A stretch of 64,000 nucleotides of DNA from Dehalococcoidales bacterium (lineage in GTDB: Bacteria > Chloroflexota > Dehalococcoidia > Dehalococcoidales > Fen-1064): assembly GCA_030654965.1 (NCBI GenBank), contig JAURWL010000086.1:102-64101 (forward strand), read 5' to 3'. Both the position numbers and the translations under genes were made by a program. Shown piece after piece: positions 38,865 to 47,219 of this stretch; position 1 is the stretch's first letter; each line of letters starts with the position of its first letter. The notes beneath the pieces are model-generated. The model saw only the letters and a list, made by a program, of their open reading frames with translations, made no database searches and was not told the DNA's origin.

Positions 38865-39012
38865 GATTTACCTTTCTAATAGAAACTTTCTAAAAGATAC
38901 CAAATTATACTACCCATTTCCAAGAATGTCAAATTATCATGAGGTTATGAACTATTTGACACCACAATGGTACAGGCATACAATCTAGGTACAAAAAGCC
39001 TGTTGTTTGTTC

Positions 39013-39041
39013 TTGACAGTATCTGTACCGTACGTTAAGAT
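39013..39041 (+). promoter_or_regulatory. putative promoter of the molybdenum hydroxylase operon
   Basis: TTGACA (39013-39018), 17 nt, TAAGAT (39036-39041). A 12-bp perfect palindrome ACGATATATCGT follows at 39047-39058. Confidence 0.45.
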
Positions 39042-39158
39042 ATTTTACGATATATCGTGACATATCTCTATACATAACAAGACGCCCGGTGATAACGGAG
39101 AATCAACCGCAAGATGGACTCCTTGATATCTATGGGAACCATTAGGTAATGAGGTTTC

Positions 39159-40061
39159 ATGACGAGTACCCGTTCTATTGGCAAATTTGAATATAAAAAA
39201 CCCGGTTCTCTGCGTACGACACTGCGCATACTCAGTAACAAAGGCGCTGATGCCAGGATTTTGGCCGGAGGAACAGACCTGATTCCGCAGATTAAGCAGG
39301 GGCAGATTTCCCCTTCGTTAGTGCTCGATGTGAAAAATGTCCCCGAACTCAATCGACTTGATTGGAATGAAGATAGGGGGTTACGCATTGGCGCCGCAGT
39401 ACCTTTGAGCAAGTTGCTCACGTTTGTCGCGATATCGGAAAGATATAGTATTCTGGCTCAAGCTTGCTCGGTCATCGGTTCTATGCAAATCAGAAATCGT
39501 GGTACCATCGGAGGGAATATTTGTAATGCCGCCCCTTCAGCAGATTCAGCGCCCGCATTACTTTGCCTGGGAGCACGAGCTATCGTGGCTTCCAAAAACG
39601 GGAATCGCAAAATCAATTTAGACGATTTTTTTATGGCACCGGGAAAAACTAGTATCGGTGCTGATGAACTCCTGGTGGAGATAGAGGTCCCAACCCCTCC
39701 CGCTCATTCGGCGGGGTGCTATATGAGGCATACCACAAGAGAGGAGATGGATATCGCTGTTGCAGGAGTAGCTTCTTTTCTGACCATAGCACCCAGAAGC
39801 AAGAAATTGAAGGAAGTCAGAATCGCTCTGGGCGCGGTGGCTCCGACTCCCTTACGGGTGCACGGCGCAGAAGCTCTGCTGATTGGAAAATCTGTAACAG
39901 AGAGAATTATCGAAGAAGTGGCTGAGGAAGCCGCGGAGGAAGCTAAACCGATTTCTGATATACGTGCCTCGGCGGAATATCGCCGGGAACTGGTGAAAGT
40001 ACTAACCCGCAGGACTTTGTGGAAATCCTGTGAAATGCTTGGTATTGAAATCCAGCGCTGA
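39159..40061 (+). CDS. xanthine dehydrogenase/CO dehydrogenase-family FAD-binding subunit (CoxM/CutM-like)
   Basis: GGTDLIPQIK and IRNRGTIGGNI motifs. Confidence 0.9.
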   Translation: MTSTRSIGKFEYKKPGSLRTTLRILSNKGADARILAGGTDLIPQIKQGQISPSLVLDVKNVPELNRLDWNEDRGLRIGAAVPLSKLLTFVAISERYSILAQACSVIGSMQIRNRGTIGGNICNAAPSADSAPALLCLGARAIVASKNGNRKINLDDFFMAPGKTSIGADELLVEIEVPTPPAHSAGCYMRHTTREEMDIAVAGVASFLTIAPRSKKLKEVRIALGAVAPTPLRVHGAEALLIGKSVTERIIEEVAEEAAEEAKPISDIRASAEYRRELVKVLTRRTLWKSCEMLGIEIQR

Positions 40062-40086
40062 ACTTGAACTTAGAGAGTTGCAGAAC

Positions 40087-40536
40087 ATGAAACTAAAAAT
40101 AAATGGCAGAGAATATGAAATTGTATCGGGACCGGGGACTACTCTGTTGGATGTCCTGCGGTATGAACTGAGGCTGACCGGCACCAAGGAAGGTTGCGGC
40201 ACGGGAAGTTGTGGCTCATGCACCGTTCTTGTGGATGGGAAGGCTATAAACTCCTGCTTGGTTATCGTTGGTGAGGTCGAGGGTAAAGAAATCACGACAA
40301 TCGAGGGGTTGTCCCGGCAAGGCAAGCTTCATCCGCTCCAACAGGCTTTCATCAATGAGGGAGCAGTACAATGTGGCTTTTGTACGCCGGGTATTCTTCT
40401 CACCGCAAAAGCCTTTTTAGATTCGAACTCACATCCGACTGAATCCCAGATAAGGCAGGCAATAGCGGGCAACCTGTGCCGGTGTACCGGTTATGATAAA
40501 ATTGTGCGCGCCATTATGAGCGTGGCAGATTCCTAG
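40087..40536 (+). CDS. [2Fe-2S] small subunit (CoxS/CutS-like)
   Basis: GCGTGSCGSCTV and CGFCTPG...CRCTGY. The MKLKINGREY start is preferred over the ORF-track start at 40030. Confidence 0.9.
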   Translation: MKLKINGREYEIVSGPGTTLLDVLRYELRLTGTKEGCGTGSCGSCTVLVDGKAINSCLVIVGEVEGKEITTIEGLSRQGKLHPLQQAFINEGAVQCGFCTPGILLTAKAFLDSNSHPTESQIRQAIAGNLCRCTGYDKIVRAIMSVADS

Positions 40537-40546
40537 AGAGGCTCCC

Positions 40547-42796
40547 ATGGCTAAATACTCTGTCGTCGGCAAGCGTATTCCCAGGATAGATGCCCTGAGC
40601 AAGGTAACCGGGACAGCTATCTATAGCGGCGATGTCACCCTGCCCGATATGCTCTACGGCAAGGTGTGCAGAAGTCCGCATGCCCATGCAATTATTCGGC
40701 GTTTAGACGTGACGAAAGCCCGATCTCTGGAAGGGGTAATGGCTGTAATCACAGCCTCCGATGTCCCCGGGTATAAAAATAGAAGTCCATTATTACTGGT
40801 TGAAATGCCTCATCTTGCTCAGGAAAAAGTTGTCTATGCGGCACAACCCGTGGCGGTGGTCGCCGCTACCAGCATTGAGATTGCGGAAAAGGCGGTTGGT
40901 CTCATCGAGGTGGAGTATGAGGAATTACCTCCGGTTCTGGATGTTCTGGAGTCAATGAAGCCAGAAACACCTCCAATTTACCCTGACTTGTACACCAACT
41001 TTATCGCCAGACCTCCCACCGATAAAGACAGCAAACCGAGCAATATTGCATATCACATCAGTGTCAATCGCGGTGACCTGGAGGCGGGCTTCAGGGAAGC
41101 CGACCTAATTATAGAGAACACTTTTCGTACTCAGCCGATTCACCATGGTTATCTTGAGCCGTTCGCTGCTGTTGCCAAAGCGGATGTGAATGGCAAGGTC
41201 ACTATATGGACGCAGACCCAGGGCGTTTTTACCGCCCGGCAGATGATAGCCGAGTTCCTGGGATTGCCGCCCACCCAGGTTAAGCTGGTCCCGGTAGAAA
41301 TTGGCGGAGCATTCGGTGGCAAGAGCTATCTACCACTGGCGCCTCTTTGCGCCCTATTGGCAATGAAAACCGGACGTCCGGTCAGAATGGAGATGTCCAG
41401 GGATGAAGTATTAAGAGATGGGCGTCCAGCTCCGGGCTCCGTGACAACCATCAAGATTGGAGTCACTAAGAAAGGGTATATTACAGCCGCTTCGGCTACG
41501 TTCATTTACGATGCCGGAGGTTTCCCTGAAATGTCGCACACCATGTTTGTAAGAGGGAATACCTTCAGCCAGTACAAAATCCCCAATATTAAAATCGAAG
41601 CATTCGATGTCCTGACCAACACGGTGCCGGTAACTTACTATCGAGCGCCGTCAACACCTCAATCCCATTTTGCCATAGAATCCCAGATGGACCTTATTTC
41701 AAGAGCCCTCGGTATGGACCCGCTGCAATTCCGCATTCAGAATTCGACTGCCGAAGGTGATACGACACCCAGCGGAGAAATCTTACCCAAGGTTGGTTTT
41801 AAGGAAACTCTGGAGAGAATGGCTGAGTATTTGAGGCAAAAAGGAAGTCTTCAAGGAGAAAACCGGGGTCGTGGGGTTGCCTGCGGTTTTTGGCATGGCG
41901 CGGCGGGTAGCTTTGGAGCCTATGTGAATGTAAATATCGACGGGACTGTCACGCTGGTTATCGGGGTTACCGATGTATCAGGAAGTCGCACCAGTATCGC
42001 CCAGATTGTAGCCGAGGAGTTTGGCATACCGATGGAGGCTGTATCCATAGTGGTTGGGGATACGGATACAGCTCCCTGGTCGTCCCCGTCTGTGGGGAGT
42101 CAGACCATCTATTCCTTGAGCCATGCCGTATACCGCGCTTGCCAGGACGCAAAAGACCAGCTCCGACGTCTGGCATCTCCCAGATTGGGTGTACCAGCTT
42201 CCGAGATTGAGTTTGCTAATGGGCAGGCGATATTTAAAGGAGATACCCAGAAATCCATCCCTCTGGCAGCTCTGGGCAGGTCAAGTTTAGGATTCCGCGG
42301 CGAAGGACCCATTGTCGGGCGCGGCTCAATCGCGGGTCTTCCACCAGCGCCATCTGTAGCCGTCCACGCCGTCGATGTTGAGGTTGATAAGGAGACAGGC
42401 AAGGTTAAGGTACTTTCTTATGCGGTAGCTCAGGATGTAGGTTTAGCCATCAATCCAATGTCAATAGAAGGACAAATACAGGGTGCTGTCACCCAGGGCA
42501 TTGGCTGGGCATTGATGGAGGGTTATGTATTCGACCGGGGAAAGGTGCAGAACACCACATTTTTGGACTACCGTATGCCCACGGCTACCGACGTTCCCAT
42601 GATAGACACCATGCTGGTTGAAGTCGGCTCTACCACTGGAATTTATGGATTAAGGCATGTAGGCGAACCACCAATGGTAGGTACTCTCGCGGCCGTAGCT
42701 AACGCCATCCACAGTGCTACAGGCGTAAGACTAAAGACTTTACCCATGACCCCCGAGGCAATACTGAAGGGCATCAAAAAACAGGGTAAGTCATAG
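40547..42796 (+). CDS. molybdopterin-binding large subunit (CoxL/XdhB-like aldehyde oxidase/xanthine dehydrogenase family)
   Basis: 749 aa; family-typical a/b-hammerhead N-terminus and ...GEPPMVG... near the C-terminus. Confidence 0.9.
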   Translation: MAKYSVVGKRIPRIDALSKVTGTAIYSGDVTLPDMLYGKVCRSPHAHAIIRRLDVTKARSLEGVMAVITASDVPGYKNRSPLLLVEMPHLAQEKVVYAAQPVAVVAATSIEIAEKAVGLIEVEYEELPPVLDVLESMKPETPPIYPDLYTNFIARPPTDKDSKPSNIAYHISVNRGDLEAGFREADLIIENTFRTQPIHHGYLEPFAAVAKADVNGKVTIWTQTQGVFTARQMIAEFLGLPPTQVKLVPVEIGGAFGGKSYLPLAPLCALLAMKTGRPVRMEMSRDEVLRDGRPAPGSVTTIKIGVTKKGYITAASATFIYDAGGFPEMSHTMFVRGNTFSQYKIPNIKIEAFDVLTNTVPVTYYRAPSTPQSHFAIESQMDLISRALGMDPLQFRIQNSTAEGDTTPSGEILPKVGFKETLERMAEYLRQKGSLQGENRGRGVACGFWHGAAGSFGAYVNVNIDGTVTLVIGVTDVSGSRTSIAQIVAEEFGIPMEAVSIVVGDTDTAPWSSPSVGSQTIYSLSHAVYRACQDAKDQLRRLASPRLGVPASEIEFANGQAIFKGDTQKSIPLAALGRSSLGFRGEGPIVGRGSIAGLPPAPSVAVHAVDVEVDKETGKVKVLSYAVAQDVGLAINPMSIEGQIQGAVTQGIGWALMEGYVFDRGKVQNTTFLDYRMPTATDVPMIDTMLVEVGSTTGIYGLRHVGEPPMVGTLAAVANAIHSATGVRLKTLPMTPEAILKGIKKQGKS

Positions 42797-42862
42797 AAAA
42801 ATTGCCTTTACTACCAGCACGACTTTGTATGGGCTTTTAGAATTCCAAAACCTTATCATTGA

Positions 42863-43138
42863 ATGAGCATAAAGGTTAAGATAAGTCCTCTTTTACAGGA
42901 ATATGCAGACATTCCCGACACTCTAGAAGTCACTGGGAACACAGTCGGTCAGTGCTTAGATGACCTTCTCAGGCAGTATCCGGAATCCAGAGACTGGCTA
43001 TTTGACCAGAACGGTCTGTTAAGAGTCCTGGTAAGTATTAACAACGTTGAAACGGTTGCGTTTGATAAGGAAGGTTTGGACAGAATTCTCAAAGCTGACG
43101 ACGAACTTCAGATATTTGCTGTGATTGGCGGCGGTTAA
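42863..43138 (+). CDS. MoaD/ThiS-family ubiquitin-like sulfur-carrier protein
   Basis: 91 aa ending ...IFAVIGGG (C-terminal Gly-Gly). Confidence 0.75.
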   Translation: MSIKVKISPLLQEYADIPDTLEVTGNTVGQCLDDLLRQYPESRDWLFDQNGLLRVLVSINNVETVAFDKEGLDRILKADDELQIFAVIGGG

Positions 43139-43157
43139 TCAGAGGCATGGGTGACTG

Positions 43158-44216
43158 ATGAATACCGATAGAATTGTCCCCAAAGCAATCTATGAACAAC
43201 TTGAGAGCAGCCGTCCTGTTGTTCTGGCATCCATAGTGGATTTACAGGGCTCATCTCCTAGGCATCGTGGGGCAAAAATGGTGGTCTGTGCGGATGGGAA
43301 AAGCTATGACACCATTGGTGGTAGTCTGTTTGAAGCTAAGGCTATTGAGGAAGCCAGGCAAGTCCTTGCTACACGACAGTCGAAATTTATGAACTTCGAC
43401 CTTACCGGCGATGGGGCAGATTCTACCGGTATGATTTGTGGCGGGAATGGGGTTGTTTTGCTGGATTTCGTGCCTGTCAGCAAGGAGAATATTGATTTAT
43501 TCCGATGCTGGCATGACAATATTCTGTCCGGTAACAGTTTCTGCTTCCTCACCCATGTAAGCGATGCAAACGAGGGAATAACTATCTCCGGTCATTCATT
43601 GCTGTTTCGCGATGGAAAAATAGTTGGAAATGCTCATTTATCCACATCCCAGGTTGAAATTCTTATATCGAAAACGCAGGATATTTCGGTGACAACCATT
43701 GTTCCTCTTGGAGGTAGCCAAGTGGTTGTAGACCCTATCGGAAAGCTGAAGACTCTTTATTGTTTTGGCGCCGGGCATGTTGCCGTCCCGACAGCTCACA
43801 TAGCTGCCATCGTGGGTTTTCGCGTTGTGGTGGTTGATGACCGTGACGAATTTGCCAATGTAGAACGTTTCCCCGACGCGGAGCAGATTTGTGTGATAAA
43901 GGATTATGGCAGAGCGCTGGAGGGACTGGAAATCAATGAGGACTCTTTTGTTGTTATCATGACGCGGGGTCACCAGTACGATCGCGTGGTCCTGGAGCAG
44001 GCACTGAGAACTCAAGCATCCTACATCGGTATGATAAGCAGTCGTAAAAAACGGGATGCGGTTTATCAGGTAATGCTGGCTGAAGGGACCACGAAAAAAG
44101 AACTGGAACGTGTGCACTCTCCTATTGGGATGGCTATCGGCAGCGAAACGCCGGAAGAAATCGCAGTGAGTATTGTGGCTCAATTGATTAAGGAAAGGGC
44201 GAAGAAGGTGACATGA
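43158..44216 (+). CDS. XdhC/CoxI-family molybdenum cofactor insertion chaperone
   Basis: N-terminal XdhC_CoxI domain plus a Rossmann-like C-terminal domain (LYCFGAGHVA). Confidence 0.85.
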   Translation: MNTDRIVPKAIYEQLESSRPVVLASIVDLQGSSPRHRGAKMVVCADGKSYDTIGGSLFEAKAIEEARQVLATRQSKFMNFDLTGDGADSTGMICGGNGVVLLDFVPVSKENIDLFRCWHDNILSGNSFCFLTHVSDANEGITISGHSLLFRDGKIVGNAHLSTSQVEILISKTQDISVTTIVPLGGSQVVVDPIGKLKTLYCFGAGHVAVPTAHIAAIVGFRVVVVDDRDEFANVERFPDAEQICVIKDYGRALEGLEINEDSFVVIMTRGHQYDRVVLEQALRTQASYIGMISSRKKRDAVYQVMLAEGTTKKELERVHSPIGMAIGSETPEEIAVSIVAQLIKERAKKVT

Positions 44217-44806
44217 AACCCTTCGCTGTGCTGATTCTAGCCGCCGGATTTTCCAGCCGCATGGGACAATTTAAACCTTTATTAGCCATCGGTGGAGAAA
44301 CGGTTACGGACCACCTCATTTCCACATTTGTAACTAATGGAGTTGAAGTATACCTCGTGGTCGGGTATCGGGGAGAGGAGCTGAAGGCAGGCATCAAAAA
44401 CCGGGATGTTACGTTTGTTGAAAATCCCGATTATGCGCATGGCATGTTCACCTCGGTTCAAACCGGAGTACGCGCACTCAAGCCGGAATACGAAGCCTTT
44501 TTTGTCATGCCGGTCGATATCCCCCTAGTCAAACCATCCTCTGTACAAAGCCTTCTGACCGCATATAATGAGCACCCGGGCAGAATCATCTATCCGGTAT
44601 TCCGTACGAAACGTGGTCATCCGCCCCTTATCCCGATAAGTTTAGCCTCTGTTATTGCAGAATGGGAGCGAGACGGGAGTCTGAGAGCTGTTCTCAGTTC
44701 TTATGAGAGACTTGCCCTTGAAGTTAGCGTGCCGGATAAAAATATCCTCATGGACATCAACACAACGGATGACTACAAGTTGTTAGTAGAGCGCTATCGG
44801 CGTTAG
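44213..44806 (+). CDS. molybdenum cofactor cytidylyltransferase (MocA/MobA-like)
   Basis: ILAAGFSSRMGQFKPLL N-terminal NTP-transferase motif. It overlaps xdhC by 4 nt. Confidence 0.85.
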   Translation: MKPFAVLILAAGFSSRMGQFKPLLAIGGETVTDHLISTFVTNGVEVYLVVGYRGEELKAGIKNRDVTFVENPDYAHGMFTSVQTGVRALKPEYEAFFVMPVDIPLVKPSSVQSLLTAYNEHPGRIIYPVFRTKRGHPPLIPISLASVIAEWERDGSLRAVLSSYERLALEVSVPDKNILMDINTTDDYKLLVERYRR

Positions 44807-44919
44807 CAAATTCTGGTGGAAGAGCAGTGCGAGGCAGTTCTGCCACGTTTTTGCAGATGGTTGGTGGGCCCATCCTTAATTGAAAAAGGCGAAGACAAAA
44901 GATGAAGAAAGGATAAAAT

Positions 44920-45888
44920 TTAAGTGCCAAGTCTCACCGTGGAACGCGCCACCCAACCTCTAAGCCTATTGCCTGAGCGATGCGCGCTTAAGTAAATCCG
45001 CCCATGAACACGATCCCAGTAACCAACCGGCACCAGATTAGTTAATCCTTGATGGCCCGAATTTGGCATATACGAACCAAGCAACCACAAAGCATTGCTG
45101 TCATACCGGTCATGGCTTACTTGATTGGTTGTTTCAAGCTGAGTTACAAAGTGGGTGAGAAAATCTTCTGGTGTCCATCCCGTTTCTCCCTGATAGGTTG
45201 ATGTACTTAAAGTTCGTAAATAATCATGAGGAGTAGAGTAAGCCTCTAGCTGTCTTCTTCTTCCTATAATTTTACCCTGTCCTTGTTGTGGCATGATAGG
45301 TATAGGCTCAACGAGTCCTACACTCCAGCCAGGCACGGCACATAAGCGTGTTTTTTGCATTACTTCTTCTTTAGTTAATCCTTGATGGTTACGATCAGTA
45401 TAGGCTTGAGGAAAATAAACAAGATTAGGAGTATCCACTGCTTGACGTACCGTGTCCCATATCCAGAGCGGTTTACCAGTATTGACACGAACTGGTATAT
45501 CAGCATCAGTAGGATTCTGTTTTGTTTGTATAATTTTTCCGGCTGTGGCGTGTTTAAGAACAGCACTTTTTACCCGATCAATAAGTTGGGATGTCGGCAT
45601 TGCGATCGGCGTTAACTGAAGCTGAGTAAATCCTTGTCGCATTTTCCTATCAACTAATTCCTTATTGTGTGTAAATACTTTCTGCAGCTGTTCTTGAGCT
45701 GGTACAGGATACTCTTTTCCGTCAATTCCAATCACCCCTAAACTTTCCGATCGTGGAAGAAGGGTCAAAATTCCTATTCGGTTCAATGCGGTAATTGTGC
45801 GAGCATACTCCTTCTCAAGAGAAAATAGTCCCTCAGAAGGACGAGAACCTTCTAATTGTATTGTTCTGTGAATCGACTGTTTAGACAT
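44920..45888 (-). CDS. hypothetical protein (322 aa), no recognisable domain
   Basis: Long ORF in a visibly lower-GC patch, directly downstream of a transposase fragment. Confidence 0.5.
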   Translation of the reverse strand: MSKQSIHRTIQLEGSRPSEGLFSLEKEYARTITALNRIGILTLLPRSESLGVIGIDGKEYPVPAQEQLQKVFTHNKELVDRKMRQGFTQLQLTPIAMPTSQLIDRVKSAVLKHATAGKIIQTKQNPTDADIPVRVNTGKPLWIWDTVRQAVDTPNLVYFPQAYTDRNHQGLTKEEVMQKTRLCAVPGWSVGLVEPIPIMPQQGQGKIIGRRRQLEAYSTPHDYLRTLSTSTYQGETGWTPEDFLTHFVTQLETTNQVSHDRYDSNALWLLGSYMPNSGHQGLTNLVPVGYWDRVHGRIYLSAHRSGNRLRGWVARSTVRLGT

Positions 45889-45938
45889 ACAAATTATGAT
45901 ACACGATTTTACGTGGGTCTAGTCTAGATAACTAATAA

Positions 45939-46130
45939 CTATAGGTTTCTTAATCCGATGAGTTTCTTTAAGGATTTCTCCATAGTTCCTCGGTGGTTAA
46001 ACCGCCACTCTGACTCTTTCAAGTGTAACAGAAATCTGTCTTTGGCAACACCATTAAACTTCCTGAGCCTTCGTTTGGTATAACTCCAGAATGATTCAAT
46101 CCCGTTGTGTACCGTGAGCATTTCTTCCAT
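45939..46130 (-). pseudogene. IS1595 (ISXO2-like) transposase C-terminal fragment
   Basis: ...NGIESFWSYTKRRLRKFNGVAKDRFLLHLKESEWRFNHR... matches the conserved C-terminus of IS1595-family transposases. No upstream catalytic part is present. Confidence 0.7.
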
Positions 46131-46653
46131 GCGTCAGTTAAATAAACGAATGGCATGATTTCGTAGCTCGGTAACCATGCCTGTTGCTTTGTAAATGATT
46201 AGTAAGGCGCTAGATGTTGGATGCCGACCGTGGCGTGTCCTTTAAGGAAGGCCATGGGAAAGTTATTGAAAAGACTCTCTCTGTACAGTCTGATTTAGAC
46301 TTCCGGGGAGTTCTAGGTATCGTCCCCTTTGGTGGGCCATTCGGAACAGTTCCCGAACTTTTGTTTGAGAAGAAGGGACTTATTCCGGCGCTGCAGCAAC
46401 TGTTGGTTTCCCAGTGACAAGATTGCGGATGTCTAACTTTTCGCCTTTCCGCTGGCTTATGATGTATTATGGTGTTCCCAATCTTTTTTTGCCCCACAAC
46501 CGCATATAGTCTTATACTTGTGGCGAGATTAATATGACCGAGCAGTTCGCATCATTAAAAATAAATAATGGTCAACTTGCCAATTCGATGGAACGATTTG
46601 GTGAAAACCTGCATCTAATTTAGTAGAGGGTCATTCAAAAAGGAGCGCTCCAG

Positions 46654-47214
46654 TTGAATGAATCGCAAGAAGCGGCTTTTCTCCGCCGCTGTCAGGCAGG
46701 AGATAAAGAGGCATTCCGTACGCTCGTAGAGCAGTATCGCAGTATACTTTTCGGCACTGCGTACCTGATGATGCGAGACCGCGGACTGGCGGAAGATGCT
46801 GTCCAGGAAGCACTTATTCAAATATGGAAACATCTCCCTTCTTTTCGTCTCAAGAGCAGTATTAAGACTTGGCTGGTGCGCATTGTGGTAAATGAAGTAA
46901 AACAGCAATTCAGGAAGAAACAGGTGCCAACAGTTCCTCTCGAACAAGCATCTGAAGTAGTGGAAGACCTTGATAAGGCTGAGACAGTTATGATTCGTAA
47001 TGAAGATCGCCAGCATTTATGGCGAACCATGGAGATGTTACCACAGGAGCAGAGAGAAGCAGTGGTATTACGTTACTTTTCTGAACTTACGGTACCCGAG
47101 ATTGCCGCGGTCACAGGCCAGCGTGAAGGCACGATAAAATCACGCTTGAGCCGGGCATTGAGTCACCTGGGCGAAATTCTTCGTAGCGACAGAACATGGG
47201 AAGGGGGGAGGTGA
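46654..47214 (+). CDS. ECF (sigma-24-type) RNA polymerase sigma factor
   Basis: Region 2 (...DAVQEALIQIW...) and region 4 (...REAVVLRYFSELTVPEIAAVTGQREGTIKSRLSRA). TTG start 11 nt after AAGGAG. Confidence 0.9.
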   Translation: MNESQEAAFLRRCQAGDKEAFRTLVEQYRSILFGTAYLMMRDRGLAEDAVQEALIQIWKHLPSFRLKSSIKTWLVRIVVNEVKQQFRKKQVPTVPLEQASEVVEDLDKAETVMIRNEDRQHLWRTMEMLPQEQREAVVLRYFSELTVPEIAAVTGQREGTIKSRLSRALSHLGEILRSDRTWEGGR

Positions 47215-47219
47215 AGTCA

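Noticed and set aside
46210-46500. 67-aa (+) and 95-aa (-) overlapping ORFs next to the IS1595 fragment
   Set aside because: Neither has an RBS or a recognisable domain. They may be decayed transposase sequence, but I could not align them convincingly by eye.
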